A DNA stretch of 64,000 bases, from contig PTKO01000001.1 of NCBI GenBank assembly GCA_002937775.1, positions 1,294 through 65,293 on the forward strand. The letters run 5' to 3'. The stretch's first letter is position 1. The number at the start of each line of letters is the position of its first letter. Source of the stretch: Alphaproteobacteria bacterium MarineAlpha6_Bin4 (GTDB lineage: Bacteria; Pseudomonadota; Alphaproteobacteria; GCA-002720895). Below, in pieces: positions 62,867-64,000 of the stretch. The position numbers were made by a program, and so were the translations under genes. Below the pieces are notes generated by a model. That model saw nothing but the letters and a program-made list of their open reading frames with translations. It ran no database searches and was not told the origin of the DNA.

Positions 62867-63073
62867 TATAAAATATAATAAGTGCCAAAAAATAAATTAA
62901 AAGATATTTTGAAAGTATGTTTAAAAAGTATAATCTTTTAAAAGTTTAAAAAATTTTAAATTAAATGAATACAAAAAATAAAGCAAAAAAAGAAAAGTTT
63001 TTAAAAGAGCAAAAAAAACTAGAATTAAGGCTAAGAGATAACTTAGTTAGGAGAAAGGTTAGAAAAATTTCTT

Positions 63074-63628
63074 ATGACAATAATGTCTGACAAATGGATT
63101 AAAAAAATGGTTAAAGAAAAACAAATGATAAAACCATTTGTAAATAACCAAATTAGAAAAAAAGGAATTTCTTATGGAGTTTCTTCGTATGGATATGATG
63201 CAAGAGTGTCAAATAATTTTAAAATATTCACCAATGTTGACTCTGCCATAGTAGATCCAAAAAATTTTTCAAACCAGAGTTTTGTTGACAGAAAAACAAA
63301 TGTTTGCGTTATACCGCCAAATAGTTTTGCTTTAGCAAGTACAGTAGAATATTTTAAAATACCTAGGGATATAATGGTAATATGTTTAGGTAAATCTACA
63401 TACGCACGATGTGGCATAATAGTTAACGTTACTCCTTTAGAACCAGAATGGGAGGGTCATGTAACTTTAGAATTCTCGAACACAACGCCTTTACCTGCAA
63501 AGATATACGCTAATGAAGGTGCGTGCCAATTTCTTTTTTTTAAAGGAGATACCGAATGTGAAATATCTTATTCTGATAGAAAAGGAAAATATCAAGGGCA
63601 AAAAGATGTAACGTTGCCAAAACTTTAA
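63074..63628 (+). CDS. dcd: dCTP deaminase
   Basis: 184 aa; N-terminus MxIMSDKWI typical of alphaproteobacterial Dcd, dUTPase-like fold motifs (GYDARV, active-site E in [12 protein letters not shown]). Confidence 0.88.
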   Translation: MTIMSDKWIKKMVKEKQMIKPFVNNQIRKKGISYGVSSYGYDARVSNNFKIFTNVDSAIVDPKNFSNQSFVDRKTNVCVIPPNSFALASTVEYFKIPRDIMVICLGKSTYARCGIIVNVTPLEPEWEGHVTLEFSNTTPLPAKIYANEGACQFLFFKGDTECEISYSDRKGKYQGQKDVTLPKL

Positions 63629-63648
63629 TCAATCACTATTTATTTATA

Positions 63649-64000
63649 ATGGAAAAAATATCTATAAAAGGAGGAAAGCCACTTTTTGGCCAAGTTAAAA
63701 TAAGTGGTTCTAAAAATTCTTCTTTAGCAATCTTAGCATCTTGCTTGCTAACTGATAAAAAGATCTCTATATATGGTGTCCCTAAATTAACAGATACATT
63801 CTTTTTCTTAGAACTTCTGTCCTCTTTTGGAGTCAAAGTTGAAGGGCTAAAAAATTTTAAAAATGTAGATAAGTTTGTTTTAAGTGCAAAAAAAATCACA
63901 AATTTTAATGCACCGTATAATCTTGTAAAAAAAATGCGTGCATCCATATTAGTACTCGGACCTTTGTTAGCTAGAACTGGAAAAGCAACAGTATCTTTAC
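63649..64000 (+). CDS. murA: UDP-N-acetylglucosamine 1-carboxyvinyltransferase, 5' portion (continues beyond window)
   Basis: N-terminal 117 aa MEKISIKGGKPLFGQVKISGSKNSSLAILAS... matches MurA; truncated by window end. Confidence 0.9.
   Translation, partial: MEKISIKGGKPLFGQVKISGSKNSSLAILASCLLTDKKISIYGVPKLTDTFFFLELLSSFGVKVEGLKNFKNVDKFVLSAKKITNFNAPYNLVKKMRASILVLGPLLARTGKATVSL

Noticed and set aside
62965-63090. 41-aa K/R-rich ORF upstream of, and overlapping, the dcd start
   Set aside because: Composition is what AAA/AGA-rich spacer DNA yields; out of frame with dcd; no SD. Kept only as a remote possibility of a leader peptide.
63636-63947. 103-aa minus-strand ORF
   Set aside because: Antisense to the clearly identifiable murA N-terminus on the plus strand.

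Overview
This is an AT-rich, densely packed alphaproteobacterial window. Gene content and compactness resemble SAR11/Pelagibacter, but that is inference from the sequence, not a database hit. Nearly all of it is conserved core genome: a complete division/cell-wall (dcw) cluster, a second cell-shape cluster (mreBCD-mrdA-rodA), ilvBHC-leuA, hflKC-degP, glyQS, and four tRNAs. Two structured RNAs stand out as GC-rich islands and are easy to miss. One is a type-A RNase P RNA on the minus strand just after ddl. The other is a circularly permuted two-piece tmRNA, also on the minus strand. I found no CRISPR array, integrase, IS element or prophage. The points worth a second look are:
- The dcw cluster is split and partly inverted. 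ftsQ-ftsA-ftsZ-lpxC-bamD-ligA run divergently upstream of mraZ…ddl, and rnpB sits where ftsQ normally lies.
- A four-fold direct repeat TGG(G/T)A with 10-nt phase lies in the ftsQ/mraZ divergent intergenic region, a candidate MraZ operator.
- A GTTC-N7-GTTC alphaproteobacterial SOS box abuts a umuDC pair whose UmuD carries Cys at the position of the catalytic serine.
- A tightly overlapping minus-strand gene string runs cytochrome c, apt, a secreted thermonuclease, then a TPR-sulfotransferase.
- Several small or low-complexity ORFs may be real: a 170-aa poly-Lys protein, a 57-aa protein with a consensus SD and an intrinsic terminator, and a 63-aa membrane ORF abutting ssrA.
- A MeaB/ArgK-like GTPase follows glyQS with no mutase partner.
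No novel multi-gene system is evident; the observations above are the most unusual local features.
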